From: Paramoeba atlantica
Taxonomy: Eukaryota > Protista > Discosea
Reading direction: 5' to 3'
DNA: 64,000 nucleotides
NCBI GenBank assembly: GCA_977017575.1
Contig: CDRNVI010000049.1
Span: 434,001 to 498,000 of the forward strand
The translations under genes and the position numbers were made by a program. How positions within the stretch are numbered: the first letter of the stretch is position 1; each line of letters opens with the position of its first letter. The notes beneath the pieces were generated by a model. That model worked only from the letters and a program-made list of their open reading frames with translations, was not told the origin of the DNA and ran no database searches. Below are positions 1 to 11,356 of the stretch, piece after piece.

Positions 1-756
1 GTACGAGGGAGCAGGTGCGCGGCGGTTGGAATCACATCCCCTAAGGGGTCGCGCGTCGCCATGTAAGATTCAGACTTCATTTGTTCAATTGCCCCTTGGA
101 GGGCATGTCCTGCGTCTACATTGGCCGATTCTGAAAGTAAGCCGCTTGATTTCATTGTGATGTTGTAGAATACTGGAAAAATAGTTAGGCTTGAAGGTTT
201 TGCTTTCAGAGCGCAAGTAAAATAAAGAATGATGATTGGTACGTGAATATTCGTAAATATACAAATCTCATATCCGTGCGGTCAGTACGAGCCAGGTTAC
301 GCCAAGAATACTTGGACGAAGCACTACTGAATTAAACGAATATTTGTGTCAATGAAACAGAGGAAATAACGACAAGTTGAAAATGACAAGATCTCGAATG
401 TTAAACAAACTTCAGTTTTTTGCAACTAAGAATCTTACTTACCACAACCGAAAAAGTTTTTGTAAAGAACGCTTATTTAATAATTAAGCCCATGGCAAAA
501 AAATGAAGAATGCGAGTTATTTATAACTTGGTCGCCCTAACTCCTTTTTTCTGGGTGCAGCACACGATTCATGGAGCGATTGGCCTACTGCTACGGCTTG
601 CAGTATTTTTGTCTTTCTAATGTTTAGCCTATTTTTTAACGAAAAGGCATACATCTTTTTTTTCAAAGAATTGCTGTTTTCGAAAGAGGCATCAAAAATA
701 AATGAATTTTCTCTAGTACACGTATTCGGGGTCGTGTATTTCCCCATTACTTCACT

Positions 757-3700
757 TTATGCGTCCGGCTTCTCACTGACACTAAGTAACCCACACCGAA
801 CTGGTCCTTTCACCGCATCCTTAAGATGAGCAGCAATGTGCTTTGAGTACTTAATTTGCCATGCGTCAAACTTATGTATTTTCAGCATCGACCTGCGCTG
901 CTCAAGCAAATTGCTTAAGTATTCCATGGCTACAATAAAGGCATCTTCCGTGTATGGCGCAAACTCATGTATCCCACGTGCAGTCACCTGCCATGACTTC
1001 TCACCTGGTAATATTTCAATATTTTCATTCGGGCAGCGAATCTCCGCACTCAGAGCACATTTTTCGCACATAAACACAGCTCGGTTCTTTTGCGCGCAAT
1101 CGTAACATTTAAAAATCACTCCCGTGGTTGGCTCATCGGGGTGTAGTGCACAGCGCAGGACATTACCCTTACAATCGTGCCCATTCGACAATGAGTTCGG
1201 TGCCAGGACTTGAGACACCGTCGTTAACGCATACACCGCATTACGGAACCGATTTAACACTTGCCAGGACGCCCCAAAGCTCAGCCCATTCATATCCCGC
1301 AGTGCTACCCTTTGGTACTCCCCAAACACACGCTGGGCGCCAAAATAGAGAAAATCTGATGCGCACGCGTTCAACAGAATCGAACGGTTTCCCTCGTGTC
1401 GGTCAAAGTCCACAAAATCGACCGCTGGGAGAAGCCCAGGGTCTAAGTGCAGATCAAGCGGCATGGATTGGATGAAATCCTCCAGGGAGTCAAAAGTGTC
1501 ATCATGACCGCTGAGCGCCACAAACGGGGAACGCACCTTTACGTCGCGGTGGGCGACAATAAAAGCAGGGCTGTGTGTTCCCGTGTACGCGTGTGAGGTA
1601 AAAGGGAGTTGAAATCGGGAGGGAAGCTCCTCGCAGAGGTCCTGGGCCATGGATTTGTAGTGCTGCAGCACAGATTGGGTGTAGTTCCGCAGTCTGGCGT
1701 GAAAAGAGCCATGCTCGAGTACTTTGTGAAAAGGAAGCGTGACAGCATTGCGCTCCTCTCCCCGGAGACGGGCCTCGGCCTCACACGTTTTGCACGTACA
1801 ACTGTGCACGGAGCGATGGAGCTCCAGGGGAAGACCAAAATCGTCGGTTTGGAGAAGCGCAGCCATCGCGGTTAGGAACAAAGGCATCATAACGCAAGTC
1901 TCCTTCACAGGTGATCCCTCTTGGTGAAGTACAGGATGAAAAGTTCCCGCTAGATCATGGAAATCTCCGCTGCGTAGAAGGGCTAGAAACGTGAAATTCA
2001 GTGGATTTAAATGTAGGCTGTTGTAAATGTGAAGACAGCGTGCGACAACGCAATAATTTGTCTCAACCGCGGAGTTCATTGATACGGTACCGTCGGGTTT
2101 CTCCAATAGGGCTTGCTCCTCTAGAAATCGTTGGGTACATTTCGTCCAAAAATGGCACAACTCTGAATCGTTATACTGCATGCTTTTGCTTAGAAAACTT
2201 ACTCCGCGGACGCGGTCAGTGTCGTCAGAGAAAAGTTGTGGAGCCTCTTGTAAAAATTCATCAGAGAATGTCTTCAGTCTCCTTTTCTTGATCAATTGTT
2301 GCTCCTTTGCGGAACTTAGTATCGAACGCTGCACGGCGGACATTTGAAGTTCCATCGTAGGGTCATTTAAGTGATGTCCTCTCAGGTACTGTAATTTGGA
2401 AGTCATGACACGTGTAATCTTTTTGACAGGAATTCCCAACATGATGACATGTCCCAACAGATCAAGGCCTCGGCGGCCTGCACGACCAGCCATTTGACGA
2501 AATTGCACACTGTTCAACTCGATGTGATCTCCCGCAAGGACAACGGAACGACATGGGCTGTGGATTCCCAAGGCAAGCGTCGTCGTTGAGATCATCACAC
2601 CCAAGTTATGGGTACGGAACAAGTGTTCTATCAGTCCCTGGATACGACTCCCCAGCCCCTCATGGTGAAATCCAATACCCCGACGTAGACAGCGAACGAT
2701 TTTCTTTTCGAAATCGCTCCAGTACATGGGACGTCCCAGGCAGTCTTCGATGAGGCTATCGACAGTAGCGGAGTCCTCCCCTGTCCCCTCACGTGCGAAT
2801 GAATAAAAGGGAAGTACGGTAGGTATTTCGCGCAGCATCTCCTGCATCTCACCATGTTCATCTTTTTCCACTCGAAAGTCTCCTTTATCTTTCCCTTCCT
2901 CCCCTTCCTCCTTACTCTTACTTTGACGCGTTCTGCTTGACTTTGTCTTTTCTTGTATCGCAAGCTGTTTTTTCAGGTTCTCTATTTCCTCAAGCATGAG
3001 GTGAAACTCATCGCTCTGGCGGTAGATTGACTCACTCAGCTCCAGCTTCTCACACAACTGAAAGGCGAGTTGTTCACATTTGCTGATATCGAAATTAAAC
3101 ACAATGCAGGGTAGCATCTGACGAGTATTCAGGGTGACCAAAAGTTCTAGGAGGTACGCATCCACGTACGACTGAGTTTCTGGAATCTCTGTGTGAGTAT
3201 GACGTAGCGGCATCAATAAAAACGGTACATCTAAATCCCCCAAAAGGGCGAAAGGAAGAGTAAAATCAGTTCTCAATTCCGCGACGGTATCAACGCAACA
3301 GTCTGGCAAAGATGGTTTTTCAGCATCCTTGCAGCAAATCCAATGAGCGCATAGCAATAGCTTATATTGGTTGAGATTCGTCTCATTGGAGTCATGCGAA
3401 AAGAATTTCGCGGGTTTAAGGAATTCAAACGATCTCGCTTTGGGATCATTAAGCGCCATGGCAGAATAAAACGTGGCTAACATCTGAGGGCACATAGCAG
3501 CATTTTCTTCAGATGAATCTCGCGTTTCAGAGTGAGGAAGATTGTCTTCATAAATTCTGCGGATAAAAGCTCCGATGTTCCCTGAAATATTTCGAGATGA
3601 TGGCACCCCAAGTTTCTCGACAACCTCTTTCAACATGTCCGCTCGCTTTGAATCATGAATACTTGAGCGCTCCCAGTGCACTAAGACTCCGGCAAGAAGA

Positions 3701-6700
3701 TATTCATAAAGTTCAATTTTTTGAGGCAAAGGTTCAGGATCTGTTGAAAAAAATGAACTTGGCAAAAGTGCATCAAGTAGATCATCTTCTTCCTCTTGAG
3801 CTTCCGACATCGCGTTGTACACTTCAATAGCAGTTGGTGGAATCACAAAAGTTGTACCTGATCCCAAATCAGAGAATACCGCAACGCAAGCCTTGCGATA
3901 CTCCTTCTCGGATTTCGAATTTTCAACCCAAAACATGAACTCTTTGGTCAACTCATTTTCATAATCCCGTGCATTGCTCTGCGACACAAGCGGGCCTTTA
4001 TTTTCAAAGTACTTTTCCGGTTCCAAGTCCTGAAGTCGATCGTAGGATATGGGCATTGTTTTCTTCCGACAATTCAGCTTCATGATGTCATACAGCTGCA
4101 GAGCCTCTTGGGGTAAAAATGGCATGTCCTGCGGAAAAAGGTTATCGTCCAGTAATTTTCGTAAGGAGAGCAGACTCATGGGATGCACTCGCATTAACCC
4201 GTCGTGGTGGTAATGTTCGTCCAGCATGCCGTTTGCATCGTACGCTTTAGCGCGACCGTCTTTAGTTTGTATGTGGCGGGTGGGTCGGAAGACATACTTG
4301 GCGAGATCACTCCAACGATGAACAACCTCCCCCTTGCGTGGCACAAGGTTCACTTTAAACCGTCGGGCATATGGATATGACTTTTCTTTCATTGTGATAA
4401 TTTCGGGAATAGTAGCCTTATTTCTTAACTCGTATTGTCGCTTTGCGCCATCTTGGACTTCTTGAAGCCACGATGCCAGCGCATCGGGATTCGCGACAGT
4501 AGCTGAAAGCGCAATGAAGGGAGCTCGTATCAAAACTAAGAGTCTCTCCCAAACACCACCGCTGCGAAGGTCATCAATGCTGTGTATCTCATCAAAAATG
4601 ACATACTGAACACGTTGGATAAGCTGCTGGTCTTCCAAACGGGGACTCAAGAGTAAGTGTTCAAAAGCCTCGGGAATAGTAACCAAAGCTTGGCACTTTT
4701 CCACCATAAATGCGTAGTCCTCAAGTACGCCATACACGTTCCACCCAGTTTCGTATTTCTTAGCAGGATACTTTGCATAGATACTTGCCAGAGCCTGGCG
4801 GAGTAGTGCTTTCGTAGGACAAACATAGACAACCAGACCTGGAGGACTCACCACGCCAAGTGAGGGGTGCGGGGCCACGGCAAGTTTGATGCAGTAAAAC
4901 GACACAAACGTTTTCCCTGAGGACGTCGGGGTGCACACAATCGCACTCTCTCTACGATCTACAATGTCCAAAAGGTCAGCTTGCCAGGAATCCGGGTGGA
5001 AAGGCACACGTGGAGGGTCCACACGATCCCCAGTGGACTGTGAACGTTGCAGCTGATCTCCCATCACACTCATTTGAAATCGCACTGAGCTCATGCCTAC
5101 GTAGTAGGTCTGAATGTCAGGCACGAAGAGCGAGGGTTGCGGGAGAACAATGCCTTTCGCCTTCCATGAATCTTCCCACGCTTGTACATTGTCTTTTAAT
5201 CCCATAATGCTGAGACGATCGCGCAGGTCCCGTAAATAGCTTTTCGTCTTTTTTCGTTCTGCATCGGTAACAACGTGATGCGCGTTCTCTTCAATCACCT
5301 CGCGTGCCTTATGAATAGTAGAAAAGAGGAGGGTTGCTTTCTTTCGGTTGGGCTCTCGGTGTTCCGCTGTCGATTGATCTATTTCAGCTGCCCATAACTT
5401 TTCCGCTTCCGGAACAAGAAAGTTATAGGCTCCCATCACAAGATGGTAGTATGACAAAGCAGAATTAAAGATGATGGCATCTACGTCGGGTCCTTTGGGG
5501 ATGCGGATTATCTCTTTTTGGTATTGCTTGCTTGCAGTACGACAATCGGCGATGAAATTGCTTAATGATTCGAATCCCTGGAAAAAAGGCTTTGCATGAA
5601 ATTCACTTTCCAAATTCGAAAACCGGAGCTTGCGTTTTTCAATATCCTGTTGGACACGATCATAGGTGTTGCGAATCATAATGTTGCGTTCGGATCCCTT
5701 CACAGTCAGTTTCGCATCGGTGTCTCTCCAGGTCAGGTCGTAAGGTTTCTCAAACAGAGTCTTCGCATTAGAGTGGACTCGGTGAAAGAACTTTTCTCTT
5801 TTGCTGACCAGGTTGTCTGGCGCGGAGTATATTTCATCAATCTTTCTAAGGCACTCGCCTTTGTGCGATTTCCAGAGTTGAAACGGGGAGGTCCTATGAT
5901 CCAAAGCAGCTGATGGATACGCCGCATTGCCATCTTCGTCAGCTTCTACAAATATCTTACGGCTTTCCCAAATAGGGAGGATAGAAGATTGTCCAGATAA
6001 TGAGCGCCACATGTCATCTACGGTCTGTTGCATATCAATTTCCAGGTGTAATGACTGCTCGTGAGCATCCTGCACGACACGAAGGAATAGACGACTATCA
6101 AAAAGATCGGCCATAGTGGTGTCCGTAGGAAGAAGGACCGTGTCCACGAGCGTCAGTGCGGCTTCACACACTTTTTCGAGAAACTCGCTTATTTCATCGG
6201 ACAGACACGGGGAGCAGTGCTTGACCTCCAGACAGCGCTGCTTAATGTGAAGATGTTGAAGAAGCACAAGGTGAATCACGAAGCACTTTGCGAGTTCAGC
6301 GAAACTTTCTTGGGTTTGGTCCAATACAAAACGCAGGGCTACACCCATAATATGACACCGCTGTGTGCCTGACACAAACGGTTCCTCACTGCACGCAGGT
6401 CGTAATGCGGTCGAAACCCCCGCCATCTTTTGCGACATTAACCGCGCGATTTCATCACACACATTGTCCGGCAAGTCACGATGCAGTTTCCGCCACACAA
6501 ACCCCACCGCACTACAATCCTTAAACACCAACCGGGACGTAAACACCACCGGGACCTTTAACGCCTTGATCAAATACACACACTGCATCCGTAGCTGTGT
6601 CTGCGCGTTACGCTTCCCCGCCTCCTCACCTCCCCTCTCCACCGGGGCCATCTCCTCCCCATCACTCACCAGCACAAACTCCACCATCCGTCGCGCACAC

Positions 6701-7134
6701 AGCGCCGCGAAGGAGTTCTTTCCCGAGCTCCACCAATCCGCAAAGCTGTGGGTCTCCAGGCCCCCTTGTGTTTGCAGCGCATGGCTTTGCAGATGCTTCC
6801 AGGCGGCCTCGCGGATGAGCTGCAGGGTGGGGCTCGCGGCCCACCACCACCGGTTGCAGTGAAAGTTTACTAAGGCAAAGGCCCCGCCGCGTTGCTGGAA
6901 CTGCCGCAGGGTGCGCTCCAGGTTGTAGAGCACGTGGAGGGGCTGGGGGAGGGACCAGCTGACATTGGGGTGGGCGAGCGCGGAGAGGAGTAGGGCGTCG
7001 AAGTCGATCAGGAAGCTCTCCCCGGCGTACATGTGTTTGAACAGGTCGTAGCGCTGGGGGAGGGCTTTGGCGTAGGCGTGGGTGATGGAGGAGGGGAGGG
7101 GGTCGGGAGGGGTTGTTGGGGAGGGAGGGGACAT
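757..7134 (-). CDS. DDX60: DDX60-like Ski2-type DExH RNA helicase (2125 aa)
   Basis: Helicase motifs PTSSGKTF, YVCPTKAL, DEIH, SAT, HHEG, TLALGIHSPCRSV and QMAGRAGRRGLD. DDX60-type N-terminus (AGESFLIDFDALL...QPLHVLYNLE). C-terminal Cys cluster (CYDC...CEKC). Confidence 0.88.
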   Translation of the reverse strand: MSPPSPTTPPDPLPSSITHAYAKALPQRYDLFKHMYAGESFLIDFDALLLSALAHPNVSWSLPQPLHVLYNLERTLRQFQQRGGAFALVNFHCNRWWWAASPTLQLIREAAWKHLQSHALQTQGGLETHSFADWWSSGKNSFAALCARRMVEFVLVSDGEEMAPVERGGEEAGKRNAQTQLRMQCVYLIKALKVPVVFTSRLVFKDCSAVGFVWRKLHRDLPDNVCDEIARLMSQKMAGVSTALRPACSEEPFVSGTQRCHIMGVALRFVLDQTQESFAELAKCFVIHLVLLQHLHIKQRCLEVKHCSPCLSDEISEFLEKVCEAALTLVDTVLLPTDTTMADLFDSRLFLRVVQDAHEQSLHLEIDMQQTVDDMWRSLSGQSSILPIWESRKIFVEADEDGNAAYPSAALDHRTSPFQLWKSHKGECLRKIDEIYSAPDNLVSKREKFFHRVHSNAKTLFEKPYDLTWRDTDAKLTVKGSERNIMIRNTYDRVQQDIEKRKLRFSNLESEFHAKPFFQGFESLSNFIADCRTASKQYQKEIIRIPKGPDVDAIIFNSALSYYHLVMGAYNFLVPEAEKLWAAEIDQSTAEHREPNRKKATLLFSTIHKAREVIEENAHHVVTDAERKKTKSYLRDLRDRLSIMGLKDNVQAWEDSWKAKGIVLPQPSLFVPDIQTYYVGMSSVRFQMSVMGDQLQRSQSTGDRVDPPRVPFHPDSWQADLLDIVDRRESAIVCTPTSSGKTFVSFYCIKLAVAPHPSLGVVSPPGLVVYVCPTKALLRQALASIYAKYPAKKYETGWNVYGVLEDYAFMVEKCQALVTIPEAFEHLLLSPRLEDQQLIQRVQYVIFDEIHSIDDLRSGGVWERLLVLIRAPFIALSATVANPDALASWLQEVQDGAKRQYELRNKATIPEIITMKEKSYPYARRFKVNLVPRKGEVVHRWSDLAKYVFRPTRHIQTKDGRAKAYDANGMLDEHYHHDGLMRVHPMSLLSLRKLLDDNLFPQDMPFLPQEALQLYDIMKLNCRKKTMPISYDRLQDLEPEKYFENKGPLVSQSNARDYENELTKEFMFWVENSKSEKEYRKACVAVFSDLGSGTTFVIPPTAIEVYNAMSEAQEEEDDLLDALLPSSFFSTDPEPLPQKIELYEYLLAGVLVHWERSSIHDSKRADMLKEVVEKLGVPSSRNISGNIGAFIRRIYEDNLPHSETRDSSEENAAMCPQMLATFYSAMALNDPKARSFEFLKPAKFFSHDSNETNLNQYKLLLCAHWICCKDAEKPSLPDCCVDTVAELRTDFTLPFALLGDLDVPFLLMPLRHTHTEIPETQSYVDAYLLELLVTLNTRQMLPCIVFNFDISKCEQLAFQLCEKLELSESIYRQSDEFHLMLEEIENLKKQLAIQEKTKSSRTRQSKSKEEGEEGKDKGDFRVEKDEHGEMQEMLREIPTVLPFYSFAREGTGEDSATVDSLIEDCLGRPMYWSDFEKKIVRCLRRGIGFHHEGLGSRIQGLIEHLFRTHNLGVMISTTTLALGIHSPCRSVVLAGDHIELNSVQFRQMAGRAGRRGLDLLGHVIMLGIPVKKITRVMTSKLQYLRGHHLNDPTMELQMSAVQRSILSSAKEQQLIKKRRLKTFSDEFLQEAPQLFSDDTDRVRGVSFLSKSMQYNDSELCHFWTKCTQRFLEEQALLEKPDGTVSMNSAVETNYCVVARCLHIYNSLHLNPLNFTFLALLRSGDFHDLAGTFHPVLHQEGSPVKETCVMMPLFLTAMAALLQTDDFGLPLELHRSVHSCTCKTCEAEARLRGEERNAVTLPFHKVLEHGSFHARLRNYTQSVLQHYKSMAQDLCEELPSRFQLPFTSHAYTGTHSPAFIVAHRDVKVRSPFVALSGHDDTFDSLEDFIQSMPLDLHLDPGLLPAVDFVDFDRHEGNRSILLNACASDFLYFGAQRVFGEYQRVALRDMNGLSFGASWQVLNRFRNAVYALTTVSQVLAPNSLSNGHDCKGNVLRCALHPDEPTTGVIFKCYDCAQKNRAVFMCEKCALSAEIRCPNENIEILPGEKSWQVTARGIHEFAPYTEDAFIVAMEYLSNLLEQRRSMLKIHKFDAWQIKYSKHIAAHLKDAVKGPVRCGLLSVSEKPDA

Positions 7135-7466
7135 GGAGAGAAGGGGGGGGTGGGGGAAGTAAGAGGTTGTAGTTTTAGAGAAAGCTGTGGAGATGTTGAT
7201 AAAGGTGGGTTAATAAATAAAGGTGTTGTGGGATGTTGTGTGATAAAACAAGATTATACAAGTTATGTACAATGTTTTCTTCATCTTAATCGCTTTCATT
7301 CTATTTCGAATGCGGATCAACAGACCTAAAAAATGTTCGATGTAAGGATAGATAAACGTACATCTAAATCCAAATGGATTTATCCGGCTGTGGGCTGTAT
7401 GGAAGATAAGTATTTGGTTAGTATTAACCGAAACGGGCACGTTCCTTCTCGTTGGTTCATGGAGTA

Positions 7467-9197
7467 TCACATAGCGGATGCCGCCTCTGTATGCTCAGAT
7501 CCCACTGCACCGCCGATTTGAGGTGCCGTTGGATCTTGTTCCCGATCGCGCTGTCGTTCGAGCCACGCTTTTCTGCGCTCTTTTTGTGCCTGAATAACTT
7601 CCTGGAGTGCTGGTGGTAATTTCTGAATGTGTGCCTTTTGACGACAAACACTCTGCGTTTTTCGTGCTATACGTTGCACCAGTCGAGGATCCTCGATCTG
7701 CAGCGCATGTAGCGTTTGAAACAGTAAGGCCAGATCATTGATTTTTAATTTCATCCACAGCAAACAGGCACAGGAGTGGTACCAACGAAGGAACACACGC
7801 TCACGGCATCCGGCGTCGAAACAAACTCGAGCGACGGCACTCGCCGTCATAAAGTCTTTTGCATGTTGTACAATAACAATTCTGGCTATTTTCAGCAACG
7901 CATCTGACTTGGTACACTGCAGGCGCAGAAAACTAATGAGCAGGTTCGCCGCCTGCGCGGGTGTCATATTATCGGAGATCGCCACGACGTGATCTACCGT
8001 GCGGTTGACTAACTTGTGTTCGCTTGCCCCCGCTAGCTGAGAGAGAAAAAACAGAATTTCTTCACACTGGCCCACGTGGGCTTGTTGAATCACATCACAG
8101 GCACGTGCCAAGAGAGCGACAATTAGCTCCTCCAGGGGAGCGTCCAGTCGAGCGCACGCCTGCAGCGTGAGATTAATCCCGACTATATCCATATATTTGA
8201 TGCAACGAATTAAGCGTTGTGCAACTGGTTGCAGTGAACTAGCCGAGGTAACACCAATTCGCACAAACCCCAACATGACATTTACAAGGTTTCGCGGGGC
8301 ACGTTCGTTACGTACCGCTTCCTCGGAACAACGGAGTAACGTATCCAGGTGGAAATGTGGGATTTGAATCTCGTTCTTTGCCGCAATACTGATGACCAGC
8401 TGTAACACTGTGAAGGGGACTTCGTCCTTTTCGTTGACTTCTTCCATGACTTTCCCGACAAGGGCGTGAAATAAGCGCTGGTCAAACAGTGTCTTGTCGG
8501 CGAGCGCCATTCCCCGCAGTGCCCGGGTGGCATCTTGACTGGTAATCTCCTCTAGCCGTCGATAAATGCCAAAGGAGATATCCCGAACTAACCGCAGCCG
8601 GCTGATGCCTAAATAGCAAAAACTGTGCAGCATGGTACATAGATGGTGGGTGGGCATATCCCGCAGTCGGAGTTGTATCCTCATGGTGATGTATTTCAGC
8701 ACGGTCTCGTGACGGCACTCGTTAATTACAAGCAGTGCGAGCACCTCCAGCAGGGTGTCGTTGTCAAATTCCATACACACCTCCGCACATCGTCTAAAAA
8801 ACCCTTCCACGCGCTGTGGTGCCATCCGTCGTCCGTTCATCCCTTTCTCATAGGTCTCATGGACGAGCTGCGTGACCTCTTGTGCATTTAACGAGCGTAC
8901 CTCCCGGTCCTCCGGGGTACTCGCCGCCACGAAATGTTGTAATTTCGGCGGCAACACGCCCTGCCGATTGAGTAACTCCAGCAGCGCTCTGTTCTGGGTC
9001 TGGGGGAGGATCGCAATGTGGACGTGCTGGGAGAGCTTCCCGAGGGCACGCCACACCTCCGCCTCCTTTCGGCACCATGTGGCGGAGTCCATGGTGTGGC
9101 ACAGGGTGTAGAAATCGACAGGGCTGAAGCGCAGGTGCTCACGTTTCGCGCTCTCTAGGAGCCAGCGAAGGACAGGGACGTGTGAGCCGACTTGCAT
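7467..9197 (-). CDS. Alpha-helical repeat protein, FASTK/RAP-like, probably organellar RNA-binding
   Basis: 576-aa ORF on the host-gene strand with repeated L/A-rich helical units (e.g. HLCTMLHSFCYLG, NLVNVMLGFVRIG, NLLISFLRLQ). The family call is pattern-based only. Confidence 0.5.
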   Translation of the reverse strand: MQVGSHVPVLRWLLESAKREHLRFSPVDFYTLCHTMDSATWCRKEAEVWRALGKLSQHVHIAILPQTQNRALLELLNRQGVLPPKLQHFVAASTPEDREVRSLNAQEVTQLVHETYEKGMNGRRMAPQRVEGFFRRCAEVCMEFDNDTLLEVLALLVINECRHETVLKYITMRIQLRLRDMPTHHLCTMLHSFCYLGISRLRLVRDISFGIYRRLEEITSQDATRALRGMALADKTLFDQRLFHALVGKVMEEVNEKDEVPFTVLQLVISIAAKNEIQIPHFHLDTLLRCSEEAVRNERAPRNLVNVMLGFVRIGVTSASSLQPVAQRLIRCIKYMDIVGINLTLQACARLDAPLEELIVALLARACDVIQQAHVGQCEEILFFLSQLAGASEHKLVNRTVDHVVAISDNMTPAQAANLLISFLRLQCTKSDALLKIARIVIVQHAKDFMTASAVARVCFDAGCRERVFLRWYHSCACLLWMKLKINDLALLFQTLHALQIEDPRLVQRIARKTQSVCRQKAHIQKLPPALQEVIQAQKERRKAWLERQRDREQDPTAPQIGGAVGSEHTEAASAM

Positions 9198-9561
9198 GTC
9201 GTGGTGGGGGATAGGGAATTGTGTATGGTGAGAAATAACAAGGCGTCCAAAATAAAAATGGAATCAACTACAGCATGTACCGATCGACTAGGTGCGAGCG
9301 TGTAATACCACCTGTACCTTTGAAAAAATAGAGGTACAAAGTTTAAACCACTATACTCTATTTCCTCGGACGTATCTCTCCGGGTACGTCGCAAGACATA
9401 TTCGGACCTACCGTTTGAAGCGTTGAGGGGGCATAGCTCTTCGGAGTCAAATGGCCCAAGACATCATCACCATCATCAAGTAGTGGGTACCGCTCGGACT
9501 CTTAAGTAGGAAGACAGTACTATCCTAAGAATGTGCACTCGAAAATCAAAATCGTGTATTC

Positions 9562-9864
9562 TCAGAGTCTCGCATCTTCTTCAACGAAAAACGTAGTGTA
9601 AACTGTCTCTTTCTCACCCACTACTTCACATGGTTTTACGACGTCCATGGATGTTACTTTAGCCTTGGGAGAGCCCTCATGGTGACACCAGTGCATCAAA
9701 TGATTCAATGCCTCTGTAGTCCCTTGAGCGTAGACCTCCACTCGACCATCTGGAACATTTCGCACCCATCCGACTACACCCAGCGACAGGGCCTGTTTCT
9801 GGGTATATTTTCGGAAAAACACGCCTTGCACCTTCCCGCTCACGTAAAAATGCACGCTGTTCAT
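9562..9864 (-). CDS. ACYP: Acylphosphatase
   Basis: VSGKVQGVFFR and GWVRNVPDGRVEVYAQG signature motifs; 100 aa. Confidence 0.93.
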   Translation of the reverse strand: MNSVHFYVSGKVQGVFFRKYTQKQALSLGVVGWVRNVPDGRVEVYAQGTTEALNHLMHWCHHEGSPKAKVTSMDVVKPCEVVGEKETVYTTFFVEEDARL

Positions 9865-10111
9865 TCAGGGATATCCGTAAATACTTAAATAGGTCTTTTG
9901 TTTACGTCTAAAAGAACCAGTTTGGGTTATTCTCACACTAAATCTCTAATAAACGTTTTTCTCCTCATTAGCACGAACTGAAAAAGCACTCAAAAGTGGC
10001 TAAAGAGATAATATCACTCCAGTAATAAACGTGGCACTCGCGCAGTCCTCCACTCTCGACCATTAAGCCCTACTATACAACCGGTTTGCGGCTCCCCCCC
10101 CTTGTTTCCTC

Positions 10112-10882
10112 TCACGCACACAACAACACCAGCTCATCCTCCACCTCCCTCATCTCCTCCATCGCCCGCTTCATGTACCCCTCATAACTCGACCACCCCA
10201 ACGCCCCCGACAACACCTGGTTCCGTTTCTCCACCATCCCCTCATGAAACCGACTCAACTGCGTGGCAAACTCCACCGGAGCCTTCCCCCCCTCCCTCCT
10301 CCCCCCCTCCTTCCTCCCCCCCTTCTCCCCCTCCCCTCCCTCCTTCCCCCCCCTCTCCCCTTCATTCCGACACCCCCCTGTCTCTATCCCCTCCCCCTCC
10401 TCCTCCTCCGTCTCCTCCCCCTCCAGCACGGGTCGCTCCCCCCCCTCCCCGGCATACACCCCCCGCATCCCCCCGACCCCCGCTGCCCTCACCACGCCCA
10501 GCAGCGGGTCCGCGCGGGCCATCGCGCGCTCGGCGTGCACGCGGCTGGGGGGGATCGCGAGTAGGGCCTCGACGTCCTCCAGCAGCCGGGCGTGGGCCCG
10601 GGTGGGGGCGGGGGCCATGGCGAGGGCACGCACGACGTGGTGGTACGCCAGGGACTCGTCCTGGAGGAGGTGGCGGTAGAGCTGGGAGGGGGGGAGCGCG
10701 ATGGAGGGGGAGGCCGAAGGAACCGAAGCCGAAGGAGCCGAAGCCGAAGGCAATGAAGGAACTGAAGGAGCCGAAGAAGCCAGCGGCAGGATATGGTCGG
10801 GGGCGGTGAGGGTGAGGTCGAGGGCGCGGTGGGTGGTGGCGGGGGGGTGGAGGGGGGGTGAGGGGGGAGGGGTGGAAGACAT
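10112..10882 (-). CDS. Hypothetical protein with Pro/Ser-rich and Glu/Gly-rich low-complexity segments
   Basis: Part of ORF 10112..11107; the likely start is MSSTPP at 10882. Globular-looking blocks (LYRHLLQDESLAYHHVVRAL; FATQLSRFHEGMVEKRNQVL). Same strand as the neighbours. Confidence 0.55.
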   Translation of the reverse strand: MSSTPPPSPPLHPPATTHRALDLTLTAPDHILPLASSAPSVPSLPSASAPSASVPSASPSIALPPSQLYRHLLQDESLAYHHVVRALAMAPAPTRAHARLLEDVEALLAIPPSRVHAERAMARADPLLGVVRAAGVGGMRGVYAGEGGERPVLEGEETEEEEGEGIETGGCRNEGERGGKEGGEGEKGGRKEGGRREGGKAPVEFATQLSRFHEGMVEKRNQVLSGALGWSSYEGYMKRAMEEMREVEDELVLLCA

Positions 10883-11356
10883 GGGGGGGAGAGAAGAGAG
10901 AGGGGGGTAGTAGTAGATTTGGTGGAGGAGTAGATTTGGGGGTAGGAAGGAAGGGTGGTGGTGTGATTGTGGGGGGGGGAGGAAGGGGGGGGGGAAACGA
11001 GGGTGTGGGGAGGGGGGGAGTGTGGGCCCGTTTAGAGAGGAAGGAGAAGGAGGAGGAAGGAATTTTGTAAATACGAGACAAGCCGGGTAAACTTGATTGA
11101 AACTCAAGGAGGCTGGATAAAAAAGTAAAGAACGATAAGGTATGCATAGGATGTAGGAATGTGTTCTTATAAAGGTTTAAGATTGAAGCCCAGCTTTGGT
11201 AACAGAGTTTGACGCACATTCTAATGAATGCAAACACTGTGTCTACATTTCTCAAGAATATCTTTATATATTCTTTATATATTTCTAAAAAAATAGAACA
11301 TTCTCTTATTTCCCTGGTCTTACCCCCCGCTTACACTAAAAATCATTCCCCCCTCC

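Noticed and set aside
1-62. Possible start of a minus-strand gene (MATRDPLGDVIP...) running off the window
   Set aside because: Only 20 codons visible; cannot be supported.
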